Shown: positions 1-8,909 of the stretch, piece by piece
Numbering within the stretch: position 1 is the stretch's first letter
Layout: each line of letters opens with the position of its first letter
Virus record (IMG/VR): IMGVR_UViG_3300011008_000092
Source of the DNA: an uncultured virus (IMG/VR IMGVR_UViG_3300011008_000092)
Lineage: Duplodnaviria; Heunggongvirae; Uroviricota; Caudoviricetes
Reading direction: 5' to 3' (one strand)
DNA length: 64,000 nucleotides
Notes under the pieces: model-generated
The model's database searches: none
What the model was told of the DNA's origin: nothing
What the model saw: only the letters and a program-made list of their open reading frames with translations
Translations under genes and position numbers: made by a program

Positions 1-36
1 GAAAACTCTCAACCAACTGAAAACGAAGAACTTAGA

Positions 37-858
37 ATGATGTGCGAAGACACCGAGGGCGCACTAAAGGGCGCACATGAGGGCGCAAGAAATAGGAAAG
101 GTTCCCAAAAGAAAGAGAAAGTTTCCCCCACACCCCCTATAAAGAGTAAAGAAAGTACCCCTCCAAAGGACCAAAAAAATAAAAAAATAAGATTTTCGGA
201 CAATTTTTTTGAAAAAGTCAGAGTTGCTTTCAACGTTCTGGCAATCGGAACGGCCATCAGGTCGTGCACGAAGATGTCTGATGAACGCAAACAGCTCGTC
301 CGCAACTTCGTTGATGACTACTCTGTCGAGGATATTGACCGTCTCTTCGCTGCCGTACGGGAAGCTCCTCGTCTCTATAAGGGTCGCTCTGGAAAGTCCA
401 TCCAGTTCGATACGCTCTTCTCTCCAAAGTTCTATGTTGGCATCATGGAAGGTAGCTGGTCGGCACCAGAGCCTCAGCCTAATGTGGACTCCTCCTTACC
501 TGAGCCTCCTGCCCAGACTGAGACTGCCGACAGTTCCCTTCCTCAGCCAACTTATAAGGAACGAAAGAAGAATGAGCGTCGTGAACTTCTTCGGGGATAC
601 ATCGAAGGTTTCAAGAAGAATCCTAAGAGCTCCTGTGGAAAAATTCTAATGGCTGCCTATAACAACGGGGAACTGAAAGAGCTCGGACTGGACTGGAAAC
701 CTTCTGTGGATTCCGATCTCCAACAGCTTGAAGAGCTTAACAAACAGGGACAGAAGATACATTCCAGTAGTAATAAGAAGTCTGCCTCAGCAGCAGAGGT
801 AATTGCAGACGATCCCAATGGGCTGCTTGCAAGAATTATCAAACAACAAAATAGCTAA
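37..858 (+). CDS. Phage replication initiator-like protein (probably 5'-truncated by window edge)
   Basis: Low-complexity linker, KEKVSPTPPIK motif and a conserved-looking FDTLF..K...IMEG domain; first gene of the replication cluster; frame open to window edge. Confidence 0.5.
   Translation: MMCEDTEGALKGAHEGARNRKGSQKKEKVSPTPPIKSKESTPPKDQKNKKIRFSDNFFEKVRVAFNVLAIGTAIRSCTKMSDERKQLVRNFVDDYSVEDIDRLFAAVREAPRLYKGRSGKSIQFDTLFSPKFYVGIMEGSWSAPEPQPNVDSSLPEPPAQTETADSSLPQPTYKERKKNERRELLRGYIEGFKKNPKSSCGKILMAAYNNGELKELGLDWKPSVDSDLQQLEELNKQGQKIHSSSNKKSASAAEVIADDPNGLLARIIKQQNS
56..87 (+). repeat. Three AGGGCGCA direct repeats at 12-bp period (possible ori iterons)
   Basis: Copies at 56-63, 68-75 and 80-87, followed by an A/T-rich tract at about 170-215. 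Confidence 0.45.
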
Positions 859-863
859 AGATT

Positions 864-1418
864 ATGGCATACAACAAACAGATTATCGATGCCCTTAATG
901 CTAGGGGACAGCAGAAGAGCGAAGAGAAGCCTCGCAAACATAACTTTCAGCGTGAAGGTGGCTTGCAGATTCAGTGCGTGACATGGTTCCGCTATCAGTA
1001 CAAAGCATTCTCTAAGCTTCTTATCCATCCTAGGAATGAAGCTGGGAAGCCGTCATCACGCAAGGTGGCAATAGATGCTGCTGCGGGTGTTGTGCCAGGT
1101 GTTCCCGATCTGATGTTACTTCTCCCGTCTCAGGAGATTGTTACCGATGAGCCAAGCGTTTATTTCGGGCTTGGTATTGAATTGAAGTATGGCAAGACTA
1201 ATAATCAGTCTCCTGCTCAGAAGGAATATCAGCGTTACATGGAGGCTGCCGGATACAAGTACGTGGTAGTTCGGTCACTTGAAGAGTTCCAGAAGGTCGT
1301 GACAGACTACATGTCAAGTGCCCTGTTTGCCTATAAGGAACGTGTTCAAAATCTCTTCGGACAGGACGATGACACAGCATCCAATAAGGCTCTGCTGAAA
1401 CGTATCGCTAACAGATAA
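864..1418 (+). CDS. VRR-NUC-type PD-(D/E)xK nuclease
   Basis: EGGLQIQCVTWF...HPRNE...GVVPGVPDL...IELK...QSPAQKEY motif series. Confidence 0.8.
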   Translation: MAYNKQIIDALNARGQQKSEEKPRKHNFQREGGLQIQCVTWFRYQYKAFSKLLIHPRNEAGKPSSRKVAIDAAAGVVPGVPDLMLLLPSQEIVTDEPSVYFGLGIELKYGKTNNQSPAQKEYQRYMEAAGYKYVVVRSLEEFQKVVTDYMSSALFAYKERVQNLFGQDDDTASNKALLKRIANR

Positions 1419-1446
1419 TAGTATTAACCCAATAAAAACTACGATT

Positions 1447-1968
1447 ATGAAAGAAGAAAAGAAGAATGGCACTGCTGTCAATGAGAAGTTCACAGACAAT
1501 GGTAATGGTTCAACTGTACGCTCACGTACTGCCAACTGGTTTGAGTGCAAACTGCGCTATGAGAAAACAACAGAGGATGGACTGCAAAAGAAAGTGTCTG
1601 AGTGGTATTGTGTAGATGCCGTCACCTTTGGAGAAGCAGAAGAGCGTGTTATCAAGGAAATGTCTGCCTATGTCAGTGGTGAACTTGACGTGGATGACAT
1701 CAAGAGAGCGAAGTATCATGAGGTATTCTTCTCAGGTGACGAGACGGATGACTGCTGGTATAAGGCAAAGCTGGCGTTCCTTACCATTGACGAAAAGACT
1801 GATAAGGAGAAACGTTCGTATGTGTTCTATCTGGTACAGGCTCATTCCCTGGAACGTGCCCGACAGATTGTCGATAAGGTCATGGGCGGTTCAATGATTG
1901 ACTATGAGATTAAGAGCCTCAGCGAGACTCAACTGATGGACTTGTATGAATACAGGGAGGAGAAATAG
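1447..1968 (+). CDS. DUF4494-like Bacteroidota protein
   Basis: WFECKLRYEKTTEDGLQKKVSEWYCVDAVTFGEAE and WYKAKLAFLTIDEK motifs. Confidence 0.75.
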   Translation: MKEEKKNGTAVNEKFTDNGNGSTVRSRTANWFECKLRYEKTTEDGLQKKVSEWYCVDAVTFGEAEERVIKEMSAYVSGELDVDDIKRAKYHEVFFSGDETDDCWYKAKLAFLTIDEKTDKEKRSYVFYLVQAHSLERARQIVDKVMGGSMIDYEIKSLSETQLMDLYEYREEK

Positions 1969-1969
1969 T

Positions 1970-2200
1970 ATGCCTACGGAAAATTTCTCTTTCGAGTCAA
2001 GACAGGCTACCATCCGTGACCGTGTGGCTACCATCTGTCTGAAGTATATGAACGCCAAGGGGCTTACCAAAGCGGAGTTTGCCAACCTTATCCGTCTCTC
2101 TACCTCTCAGTTGAAGGAGATTACCAACAAGCGTAGCAATACTACTCTGAATGTACTTGCTAAGATTTCCTACGTAACTGGTGAACGAATAATTATTTAA
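1970..2200 (+). CDS. XRE-family helix-turn-helix regulator
   Basis: KGLTKAEFANLIRLSTSQLKEITNKRSNTTLNVLAKI HTH pattern; ATG directly after upstream stop. Confidence 0.75.
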   Translation: MPTENFSFESRQATIRDRVATICLKYMNAKGLTKAEFANLIRLSTSQLKEITNKRSNTTLNVLAKISYVTGERIII

Positions 2201-2204
2201 CGCT

Positions 2205-3359
2205 ATGAAGATTACAGTACATGCAAATAAATTGCTGGCTGCCCTGAAGAAAGTTGAACAGGGAGCTGCACAGAACTGGGAAATACCAGTGCTGAGACAT
2301 TTCGTATTTGAAGCTCTGCCTAATAGAACGTTGACGGTATCTGCCTCTAATATGGAGATCTTCTTAAAGTCAACTGTCTCAGATGCGGATGTGGAGCATT
2401 TGACTGAACGCACGAAATTCGCTGTGGAGATTCCTGCCTTCCGTCAAGGTATCAGAACTCTTGGTGATGAGTTGATAGAGATTGTGGTCCATGACTACCA
2501 GCTGACCGTTGAACATAGCTCTGGAAGATTCTTCCTTCCTCTATACAAGAGCCCTGACGAGTTCCCTGTACCTTCTCCCGTGATGGAGCCTCATCATACT
2601 ATTGCTTTAGAGGATCCTGCGGTTCGCTCGTGGCTGGATACACTATCACTGGCTATGGCAGAGGATGAGCTGCATCCTTTCATGAACAGCATCCTGTTTG
2701 AGTTTGACAAATGTCTTAATATGGTTTCTTCTGATGGTCATATACTGGCGTTGGTGGAAACTCAGATAAAGAGCGAGTTCCAGGGAGAATACATAATACC
2801 TCGATTCGTAATACAGAGGCTTCAGCGGATATTGCCTAAAACAGGATTCCTTACTATGCAACTGTCAGAGAAAGTATACGACTCCTGTATTACCATCGAA
2901 GATGGCAGTGAAACTTTGACAGTACACTTCAAACGTACTGATGGCAGGTATCCAAAGTGGAGATCTGTTGTTGACAGGAATTACTCTTTCGATGTCACTG
3001 TTGGAAGAAGGCAGCTTCTCAGGAGTCTTGAACGTTCCTGCATATTCTCAAATTCCAGTAGTAACCTAGGTGTCTTTAGGCTGGATAAAGACATTCCTTC
3101 TAAGCTCATTGTAGAGTCTGATGATGTGGACTTTGAAACCAAGGCGATTGAATCGGTAGATGCAGAATACTTGACTTCTGACAACTTTGCAATAGGTCTT
3201 AAAATCCCTACTCTTATCAAATGTCTTAAACCGATGACCTCTCAGCAGATAATATTCCATATCAAGGATGCTGGCAGAGCTGTGCTCATGGAGCCTGATG
3301 TTCAGCCGGACAAAGAGAAGATTACGCTTCTTATAATGCCAATGTTACTCAATAATTAA
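2205..3359 (+). CDS. dnaN: Phage-encoded DNA polymerase III beta sliding clamp
   Basis: 384 aa; TVSASNME, MVSSDGHILA, GRYPKWRSVV and terminal LLIMPM motifs of the beta clamp. Confidence 0.85.
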   Translation: MKITVHANKLLAALKKVEQGAAQNWEIPVLRHFVFEALPNRTLTVSASNMEIFLKSTVSDADVEHLTERTKFAVEIPAFRQGIRTLGDELIEIVVHDYQLTVEHSSGRFFLPLYKSPDEFPVPSPVMEPHHTIALEDPAVRSWLDTLSLAMAEDELHPFMNSILFEFDKCLNMVSSDGHILALVETQIKSEFQGEYIIPRFVIQRLQRILPKTGFLTMQLSEKVYDSCITIEDGSETLTVHFKRTDGRYPKWRSVVDRNYSFDVTVGRRQLLRSLERSCIFSNSSSNLGVFRLDKDIPSKLIVESDDVDFETKAIESVDAEYLTSDNFAIGLKIPTLIKCLKPMTSQQIIFHIKDAGRAVLMEPDVQPDKEKITLLIMPMLLNN

Positions 3360-3369
3360 ATATGCAACT

Positions 3370-4044
3370 ATGAAACAGAATTATTTTATACAGATTCGTA
3401 CAATGACGGGGTGGAATGCCAACAAGTCAACAAATGCTATGTGCGCCATCATACAACAGAAACTGGAGAATGTCACTATAGAGTCCATTGATGATATTCA
3501 AAAAGTGCTGGAATGGGTCAGTTTATGGTGTGGCACTGTCAATAAACAGAATCCTCGTTCCCGCAAACTGTCTGCATCTCAAATATGGGAGGCTTCAGGC
3601 GGAAACTTTCACTTTACAATCAGTTTGGAGAATGCAGAAGCCTTCCTTCAGGTTTCTTTTTCTCCTGTCAGACATCAGTACCACAGCCCTAGTATGATGA
3701 ACGAACTGCTTGAAGTAAATGATTACGTAATGCCAAATGATACTCGGTGTCATTGTAAGCAGTGGAATCCTGAGAAATGTAAAGATGGAGATGTTATCGT
3801 ACATAATGAAAGGGGTTATATAATCATCGTTAAATCCGTAACCGATAAAATATCTTTCTATGCCTACCTGTATCATATGGAGAAAGACATATATCTGGAA
3901 ATACATGAGAATGGTGATGGAACTGGATATGGGAGACCTGATTTCCATTATGCTACCAGAGAAGAGAAAATGATACTCGACAATGAACTGTCTGTTCTAG
4001 GTTTGAAATGGAATCCTGCTACTTTAAAGTTTGAGAAGATATGA
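3370..4044 (+). CDS. Hypothetical phage protein
   Basis: 224-aa ORF in operon; C-terminal KDGDVI...YATREEK...GLKWNP motif common in Bacteroidota phages. Confidence 0.65.
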   Translation: MKQNYFIQIRTMTGWNANKSTNAMCAIIQQKLENVTIESIDDIQKVLEWVSLWCGTVNKQNPRSRKLSASQIWEASGGNFHFTISLENAEAFLQVSFSPVRHQYHSPSMMNELLEVNDYVMPNDTRCHCKQWNPEKCKDGDVIVHNERGYIIIVKSVTDKISFYAYLYHMEKDIYLEIHENGDGTGYGRPDFHYATREEKMILDNELSVLGLKWNPATLKFEKI

Positions 4045-4190
4045 AAGAATATTGTATGGGTATCGAGTGTCCTGTTAAGCAACAGTGCAGAAGATTTATC
4101 GACGGCCTAGAGGCTGGCATATCAGATGGCACTCAGGTCAGATTCTTCCGCAAGTGTACTAACCAGAAGAAATTCTTGAAAGATGAATAG
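4041..4190 (+). CDS. Small Cys-rich protein (49 aa)
   Basis: Manual translation MKEYCMGIECPVKQQCRRF...KCTNQKKFLKDE*; ATGA overlap with upstream stop. Confidence 0.6.
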   Translation: MKEYCMGIECPVKQQCRRFIDGLEAGISDGTQVRFFRKCTNQKKFLKDE

Positions 4191-4411
4191 TTCTCCCCCC
4201 CCCCATTGGAATATTGCTGGACATCACGGAGAATGGGAAGTTCATCTGCCAGCTCAGGTACACAAAACGTGGATTCCCTGAAATGATTGATGGCCGTCTG
4301 ACGGAGGTACAAGACATTGCGGACATACAGAAGTTTGTATTCCAACAGAGGCCGTCTCTGAGACATCGGAAAATAAGAATCGAATTTGCAAAACAAAGAG
4401 TATTTAGATAG
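4183..4411 (+). pseudogene. Small phage gene frameshifted at a C10 tract (possibly phase-variable)
   Basis: ATG at 4183 overlaps upstream gene end; C10 at 4195-4204; with C9 it reads in frame into ORF 4214-4411. Confidence 0.5.
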
Positions 4412-4413
4412 AT

Positions 4414-4602
4414 ATGTTTCGTATTGGACTGATTGACGTGGATGGTCATGCAAAGAAAAAGAAATGGGGAGCTACCGTTTATCCTAATCTGGCTCTCATG
4501 AAGATTGCTGCCTGGCATAAACAGCGAGGGGATAACGTGGAGTGGTACAATCCTCTCACCACAGAAAAATATACCATCGTGTATATGTCGAAGATTAAAT
4601 AA
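4414..4602 (+). pseudogene. N-terminal remnant of a phage radical-SAM-type protein
   Basis: IGLIDVDGH...PNLALMKIAAWHKQRGDNVEWY...VYMSK matches the N-terminus I recognise from phage radical-SAM proteins; stops after 62 aa with no CxxxCxxC. Confidence 0.6.
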
Positions 4603-4627
4603 ATAACAACATTAAAAATTCAAAATT

Positions 4628-5264
4628 ATGAATGAGCAACAAGATTTAAAAATGCATCTCCTTGAAAAGTATGGAGACGTAAAGGACAAACAGAGTATAG
4701 ACTTCTGCCGTGAAGCCTATAAGTTCTTAGTAGAAGGTGACATAGTAAAGTTTGAATGTACGAAAGAAGGAACAGTTACTATTGAGCGCACAACACCGGT
4801 TAACTCAAAATCGTCTTCAGCTCCAATAGCTGTTGACCTCGGACTGCCATCAGGTCGGCTGTGGGCTGACCGCAATATCGGAGCCTCATCACCTGAAGAT
4901 GTCGGATTGTATTTCTCGTGGGGCAATACCGATGGACATGTTTTCGGTACTGACTATGACTTCTATGAGGATTATGAAAATACGCCAGGCTCTAAGCTAA
5001 CAGGTGACATTGATGCTGAACATGACGCTGCAACAGTCAATATGGGTGCTCCTTGGAGACTTCCAACTACTGATGATTTCCAAGAGCTGTGCGATAACTG
5101 TACTCATGAGTTATGTTCTAGGAATGGCTATAAGGGTATGCTCTTTACTTCAAAGATAAACGGAAATTCAATATTCTTTCCTTNNNNNNNNNNNNNNNNN
5201 NNNNNNNNNNNNNNNNNNNNNNNNNNNNNNNNNNNNNNNNNNNNNNNNNCGGGCGGTTCAGTAA
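4628..5264 (+). CDS. Remote DGR target protein 2 (CLec/FGE-like domain); VR lies in the N gap; true stop at 5262-5264
   Basis: VDLGLPSGRLWADRNI...YFSWGNTDGH...GAPWRLPT...INGNSIFFP, paralogous to 19110-20279; post-gap CGG GCG GTT CAG TAA = RAVQ*, identical to the end of target 1. Confidence 0.88.
5182..5261 (+). repeat. DGR variable region VR2 (mostly unresolved; N at 5184-5249)
   Basis: Left flank TTCTTTCCTT and right flank CGGGCGGTTCAG match the two ends of VR1. Confidence 0.82.
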
Positions 5265-5332
5265 CATCTTTCGCCCAAGCCATTCAGAGTCGGCCACCAG
5301 TCGCTTACCAAAGCGACACAAGGCAGACTCTG
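5262..5332 (+). promoter_or_regulatory. IMH and target-recognition hairpin of VR2
   Basis: TAACATCTTTCGCCCAA identical to post-VR1 sequence; hairpin GTCGCTT-ACCA-AAGCGAC (5300-5317) inside outer stem CAGAGTC/GACTCTG. Confidence 0.78.
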
Positions 5333-5391
5333 CAACTCAAAGTAAAATAACAAATACCAGCCGTAGGCTGGTCGGATAAAAAACAAAAATT

Positions 5392-5613
5392 ATGGATTTA
5401 GAACAAAAGAAAATATTTATGAAGATAGCTCAGTCATATTGTGAGGTGGCTACGTCAAGGCTTACTGGCGAAAGAGCGATGGTCTCCTGCCCTTGCAGTC
5501 TTACTACTGCACAGGACATCGTGAAACGTGAAAACAGCAAACCGTCTCGCCTTAGAGTCTGGCTTAGGCACTCAGTGGCTATATATCCGTACAAAACCAA
5601 AATTATACTATAG
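5392..5613 (+). CDS. Hypothetical protein
   Basis: ORF in operon with A-rich leader. Confidence 0.55.
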   Translation: MDLEQKKIFMKIAQSYCEVATSRLTGERAMVSCPCSLTTAQDIVKRENSKPSRLRVWLRHSVAIYPYKTKIIL

Positions 5614-5615
5614 AT

Positions 5616-5882
5616 ATGGACTTGTTTACCAATGACCCTGTATTTGCTCCTTCTGAAAAACCAAAGAGGAAGGCATTACGTAACAGACTCGGACAGTTCG
5701 CTACTGCCGAACAGATTGATGTTGAGCGCACAAAACATGAGAACTTGGTGCTCAAAAGAAAAGCAACCCAGTTCTATCGTGCGTTCCTTGCTCTCTCCAA
5801 GGATAATTCGAGACTCACCCGTGAATTGAATGAGATGAAGAATAAACTAAAAGGACTTATTAATGGAACAGCAAAACATTGA
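5616..5882 (+). CDS. Hypothetical protein with RNxxGQFA motif and coiled coil
   Basis: RNRLGQFAT motif; tightly coupled ORF. Confidence 0.6.
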   Translation: MDLFTNDPVFAPSEKPKRKALRNRLGQFATAEQIDVERTKHENLVLKRKATQFYRAFLALSKDNSRLTRELNEMKNKLKGLINGTAKH

Positions 5883-6270
5883 ATTTATCCGATCACACTG
5901 TCACATCATGAATCTTACTGATGATGAGATTAAACTGACGCTGCGCTTGATGGAACTGACTGAACAGTTCAGCTGGAGTGACATCTACAAGAAATCTCCT
6001 GAAGTTAATGCACTCTCTAATGAGGATAAGTTTCTTCTCTTACTGGGGAAAATGGATAAGGAAGATTATATGGTTCGCTCCAAGACGCTCATCCACTATT
6101 TCGGAGGGTCTGTATATCAGTGGCGCAAAATCGGACGAAAGCATCCTCTTACTGATGTAGCCACAGCTTTCAGCGAAAGTTCCTCTGGCTACTATGGACG
6201 TGGATGGGTTATCGCTCCTCATATCCATTCTCTTATGAAGTGTCTTAATACACCTATTGATAAATTATAA
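5863..6270 (+). CDS. Hypothetical protein
   Basis: 135-aa ORF in operon. Confidence 0.55.
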   Translation: MEQQNIEFIRSHCHIMNLTDDEIKLTLRLMELTEQFSWSDIYKKSPEVNALSNEDKFLLLLGKMDKEDYMVRSKTLIHYFGGSVYQWRKIGRKHPLTDVATAFSESSSGYYGRGWVIAPHIHSLMKCLNTPIDKL

Positions 6271-6282
6271 AAAAGTATCATT

Positions 6283-6921
6283 ATGAATGAAAGTATCAAC
6301 ATCGCTGTTGACCTTGAAACGCTGTCAACACGCCCTACAGCTGCCATCATTTCCATTGCAGCAAAAGCGTTCACGTTCTCTGACCCTCAGCCTGAAATCG
6401 GCTGCTTCTATGTGCCTGTCAATGCTACTACCTGTGCTATGTACGGTATGCACTTCTCAGAGAGTACCGTTGACTTCTGGTATCATCAGAAGGAAGAAGC
6501 GAAAAAGCCTCATCTGGAACTGTCAGATGCGGTCTGCTCCTTGAAAGTGGCTCTCCTGAAACTGAAGGACTGGGTGGATTCCGTACGTGCTATGTCTCCT
6601 GACAAAAAACTGCTGGTATGGATGCAAGGAACAGACTTTGATGGTGCCATCTTGCGCAATGCCTACTGTCAGGTATTCGGCTCGGAGGAAGCTATGCCTT
6701 GGAAGTACACTGAGCTTCGTGACTCTCGCACCTTCATTCATGGGTTTGTTGGCTATGTGCGTCCTGATCTGCCAATCCCATATGATGCCATACCAGAGAA
6801 TCCCAACTGGATAAAACACGACGCTCTCTCTGACTGTGACCAGCTCATCTGGAACGTCCGTCACTGCGTGACTCTCATGAATGAATATGTTACATCTTCT
6901 ATCGCTGCTGCCAATCTATGA
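6283..6921 (+). CDS. DEDDh 3'-5' exonuclease (phage exoribonuclease type)
   Basis: AVDLETLST, QGTDFD, RDSRT and HDALSDC motifs. Confidence 0.85.
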   Translation: MNESINIAVDLETLSTRPTAAIISIAAKAFTFSDPQPEIGCFYVPVNATTCAMYGMHFSESTVDFWYHQKEEAKKPHLELSDAVCSLKVALLKLKDWVDSVRAMSPDKKLLVWMQGTDFDGAILRNAYCQVFGSEEAMPWKYTELRDSRTFIHGFVGYVRPDLPIPYDAIPENPNWIKHDALSDCDQLIWNVRHCVTLMNEYVTSSIAAANL

Positions 6922-7223
6922 AGAAGCAAAGAATATATCTCTCAGGTAAGATTACAGGTTATCCTGACTACAGACAGGCTTTCGACGCTGCTGAACAGGC
7001 TGTTACCAGAAAAGGGGTGAAGGTGCTCAATCCTGCAAGGATGTGGGGCATCTTCCAGCCCATCTTCGTCGGACTCCCCTACTCCGTACAACTCATACTT
7101 GACCTCTGTGTTCTGGCTAGCTGTGATAAGATCGCATATCTTCCGAACTGGAAGTACTCAAATGGGGCTCTCGTTGAGCATTCTTTTGCTGATGCACTAA
7201 AACTCAAAACAATATACTTGTGA
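6918..7223 (+). CDS. DUF4406 / nucleoside 2-deoxyribosyltransferase-like protein
   Basis: IYLSGKITG...F..AE...VLNPA...CDKIAYLPNWKYSNGALVEH. Confidence 0.8.
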   Translation: MKKQRIYLSGKITGYPDYRQAFDAAEQAVTRKGVKVLNPARMWGIFQPIFVGLPYSVQLILDLCVLASCDKIAYLPNWKYSNGALVEHSFADALKLKTIYL

Positions 7224-7762
7224 CGGGTGTTATATATCAGATAATGTTCCATCCCAGGGTTGGCGTGATACGCTTCTATCAGCGGTACAGTGACCGCAAG
7301 GAGGCGTTGCGCCAATGCCGTCAACTCAACAACGACGTGCAGGATGGACTATATTTCATCAAAACCATTTATCCTATAGCAGAAATGAAAACAGAGAAAT
7401 TTGATGAGTTTATCGCTCTCGTGACCAGCGTCCGTGAGGCACAGAAAAAATTCTATGTTGGCCGTGACCATCAGGATATGTTGAAAGCGATGACACTGGA
7501 GGATAGGCTGCGAAAGTATATTGAGAAATGTAAGCAGACGCTGGCTGCCCATCCTCAATACAAGCCTCAGCCTACATCTAAAGCATACTTTGACATTGTA
7601 GATACATGGCTAAAGAAAACAAAGGAGTATTTCACCCATAAAAAAGCGAATGACGAAGATAAAAATGTCCTTCGTGAACGTCTCAGGGAGTGCAAGGATT
7701 TCGAGGCTCGCATAGATCTGGTGTTAGAGGAATACGCAAAATATCAATCAACAGATAAGTAA
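7220..7762 (+). CDS. Hypothetical protein
   Basis: ORF overlapping upstream stop; VREAQKKFY helical motif; start uncertain. Confidence 0.55.
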   Translation: MTGVIYQIMFHPRVGVIRFYQRYSDRKEALRQCRQLNNDVQDGLYFIKTIYPIAEMKTEKFDEFIALVTSVREAQKKFYVGRDHQDMLKAMTLEDRLRKYIEKCKQTLAAHPQYKPQPTSKAYFDIVDTWLKKTKEYFTHKKANDEDKNVLRERLRECKDFEARIDLVLEEYAKYQSTDK

Positions 7763-7783
7763 ATCTATTAAATTTGCATTGTT

Positions 7784-8173
7784 ATGATTAAGAAACTCAG
7801 ACTTTTAAGAGACAGGTTGGCCATCTGGGCTATCCAACGTTTCAATTTCAAGCTGCCTGACCTTCAACAGACTGACTATGTGAAGCCAGGCAGGGTGTAC
7901 TACTATTATGGTCGCTGGGTACGCTTGGTGCCTCAGCCTACAGAAGTAAAAGACTATATCCGCAATGTCTTTGAACTGGAAGGTGTTCGTGACATTATTC
8001 CTGATCACATCGGAGAGTGTGTAGCGGAAAAGATGTGCACTCACTGTGCACTGCATATCCTCGGACTTCCATGTAAGAAGCATCATGGTGGTACTGTCCG
8101 TGACTTGTGTATTAAATATCGTTATCAATTAGTTAAAGGCAAGAAATATGACGAAAAAATTGAATCAGAATGA
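7784..8173 (+). CDS. Hypothetical Cys-rich protein
   Basis: CTHCAL...C...C possible Zn motif. Confidence 0.55.
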   Translation: MIKKLRLLRDRLAIWAIQRFNFKLPDLQQTDYVKPGRVYYYYGRWVRLVPQPTEVKDYIRNVFELEGVRDIIPDHIGECVAEKMCTHCALHILGLPCKKHHGGTVRDLCIKYRYQLVKGKKYDEKIESE

Positions 8174-8906
8174 CCCGTTGCGTCCTCGTAATATCCGCAA
8201 GCGTGAACATCGTGAAGCTCGTAAGACTCACAAACAAATAATGGCCAAGAAGAAGGAGGCTATGGAGAAAGGTGTGGAGAATAAAAGCGAGGCAATAGAT
8301 AAGAATAAGGTTTTCCATGCCGGAGTGGTCCAGGAGGCAAAGGAGCGTATCGCTCGTATGAAGGAGAAATTCCCGCTGCCTACGTTCATCAAGTCTTTGC
8401 GTCGTGGAAAGATTTCCAAGGTATTGGTCATCAATCGTGACGGCAAACGTCGTGAACTGCTTCCTGACCTTCCTGATCGTCACGTCATCCTTTGTCACAG
8501 CAGGGTTGCCAAAGTTATCACCTCTTCTGTATGTGTGTTCAATAAGGTGACGGAACATGAGGAGATTAACGAAGAGAAGCAAGAGCGTCGATGGATTGAC
8601 GGCTCATGGACGCTGGCTCCGTGCTCTCCTGCCATGTTGCGTGGTACAACTGTCCAGCATGTCACTCGTCGTAAGTGGTGGTTCCTGCGTCGGTACTGGT
8701 ACCAGATCACTTTCGATGGCAGGGTTCAGCCAGCAGGTATGTTCTTCGACTATGACATCGACCCCTCACGTCCAAAGCAGGCATTCTATGTGACTCATGA
8801 GTACGTGAAGGTTGAGAAACTTGACAGGGAGAATGACTTCCTGCGCTTCTGGCTTAAGAAGGAGAATATCACTCCGTACGTTCCACCCAAGAAGAGAAGG
8901 AGGTAG
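8148..8906 (+). CDS. Hypothetical basic protein
   Basis: 252-aa ORF in operon. Confidence 0.65.
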   Translation: MTKKLNQNDPLRPRNIRKREHREARKTHKQIMAKKKEAMEKGVENKSEAIDKNKVFHAGVVQEAKERIARMKEKFPLPTFIKSLRRGKISKVLVINRDGKRRELLPDLPDRHVILCHSRVAKVITSSVCVFNKVTEHEEINEEKQERRWIDGSWTLAPCSPAMLRGTTVQHVTRRKWWFLRRYWYQITFDGRVQPAGMFFDYDIDPSRPKQAFYVTHEYVKVEKLDRENDFLRFWLKKENITPYVPPKKRRR

Positions 8907-8909
8907 TGT

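Noticed and set aside
5265..5350. ORF-track extension of gene 4628 to 5350
   Set aside because: Artefact of arbitrary N-gap length; homology with target 1 places the stop at 5262-5264
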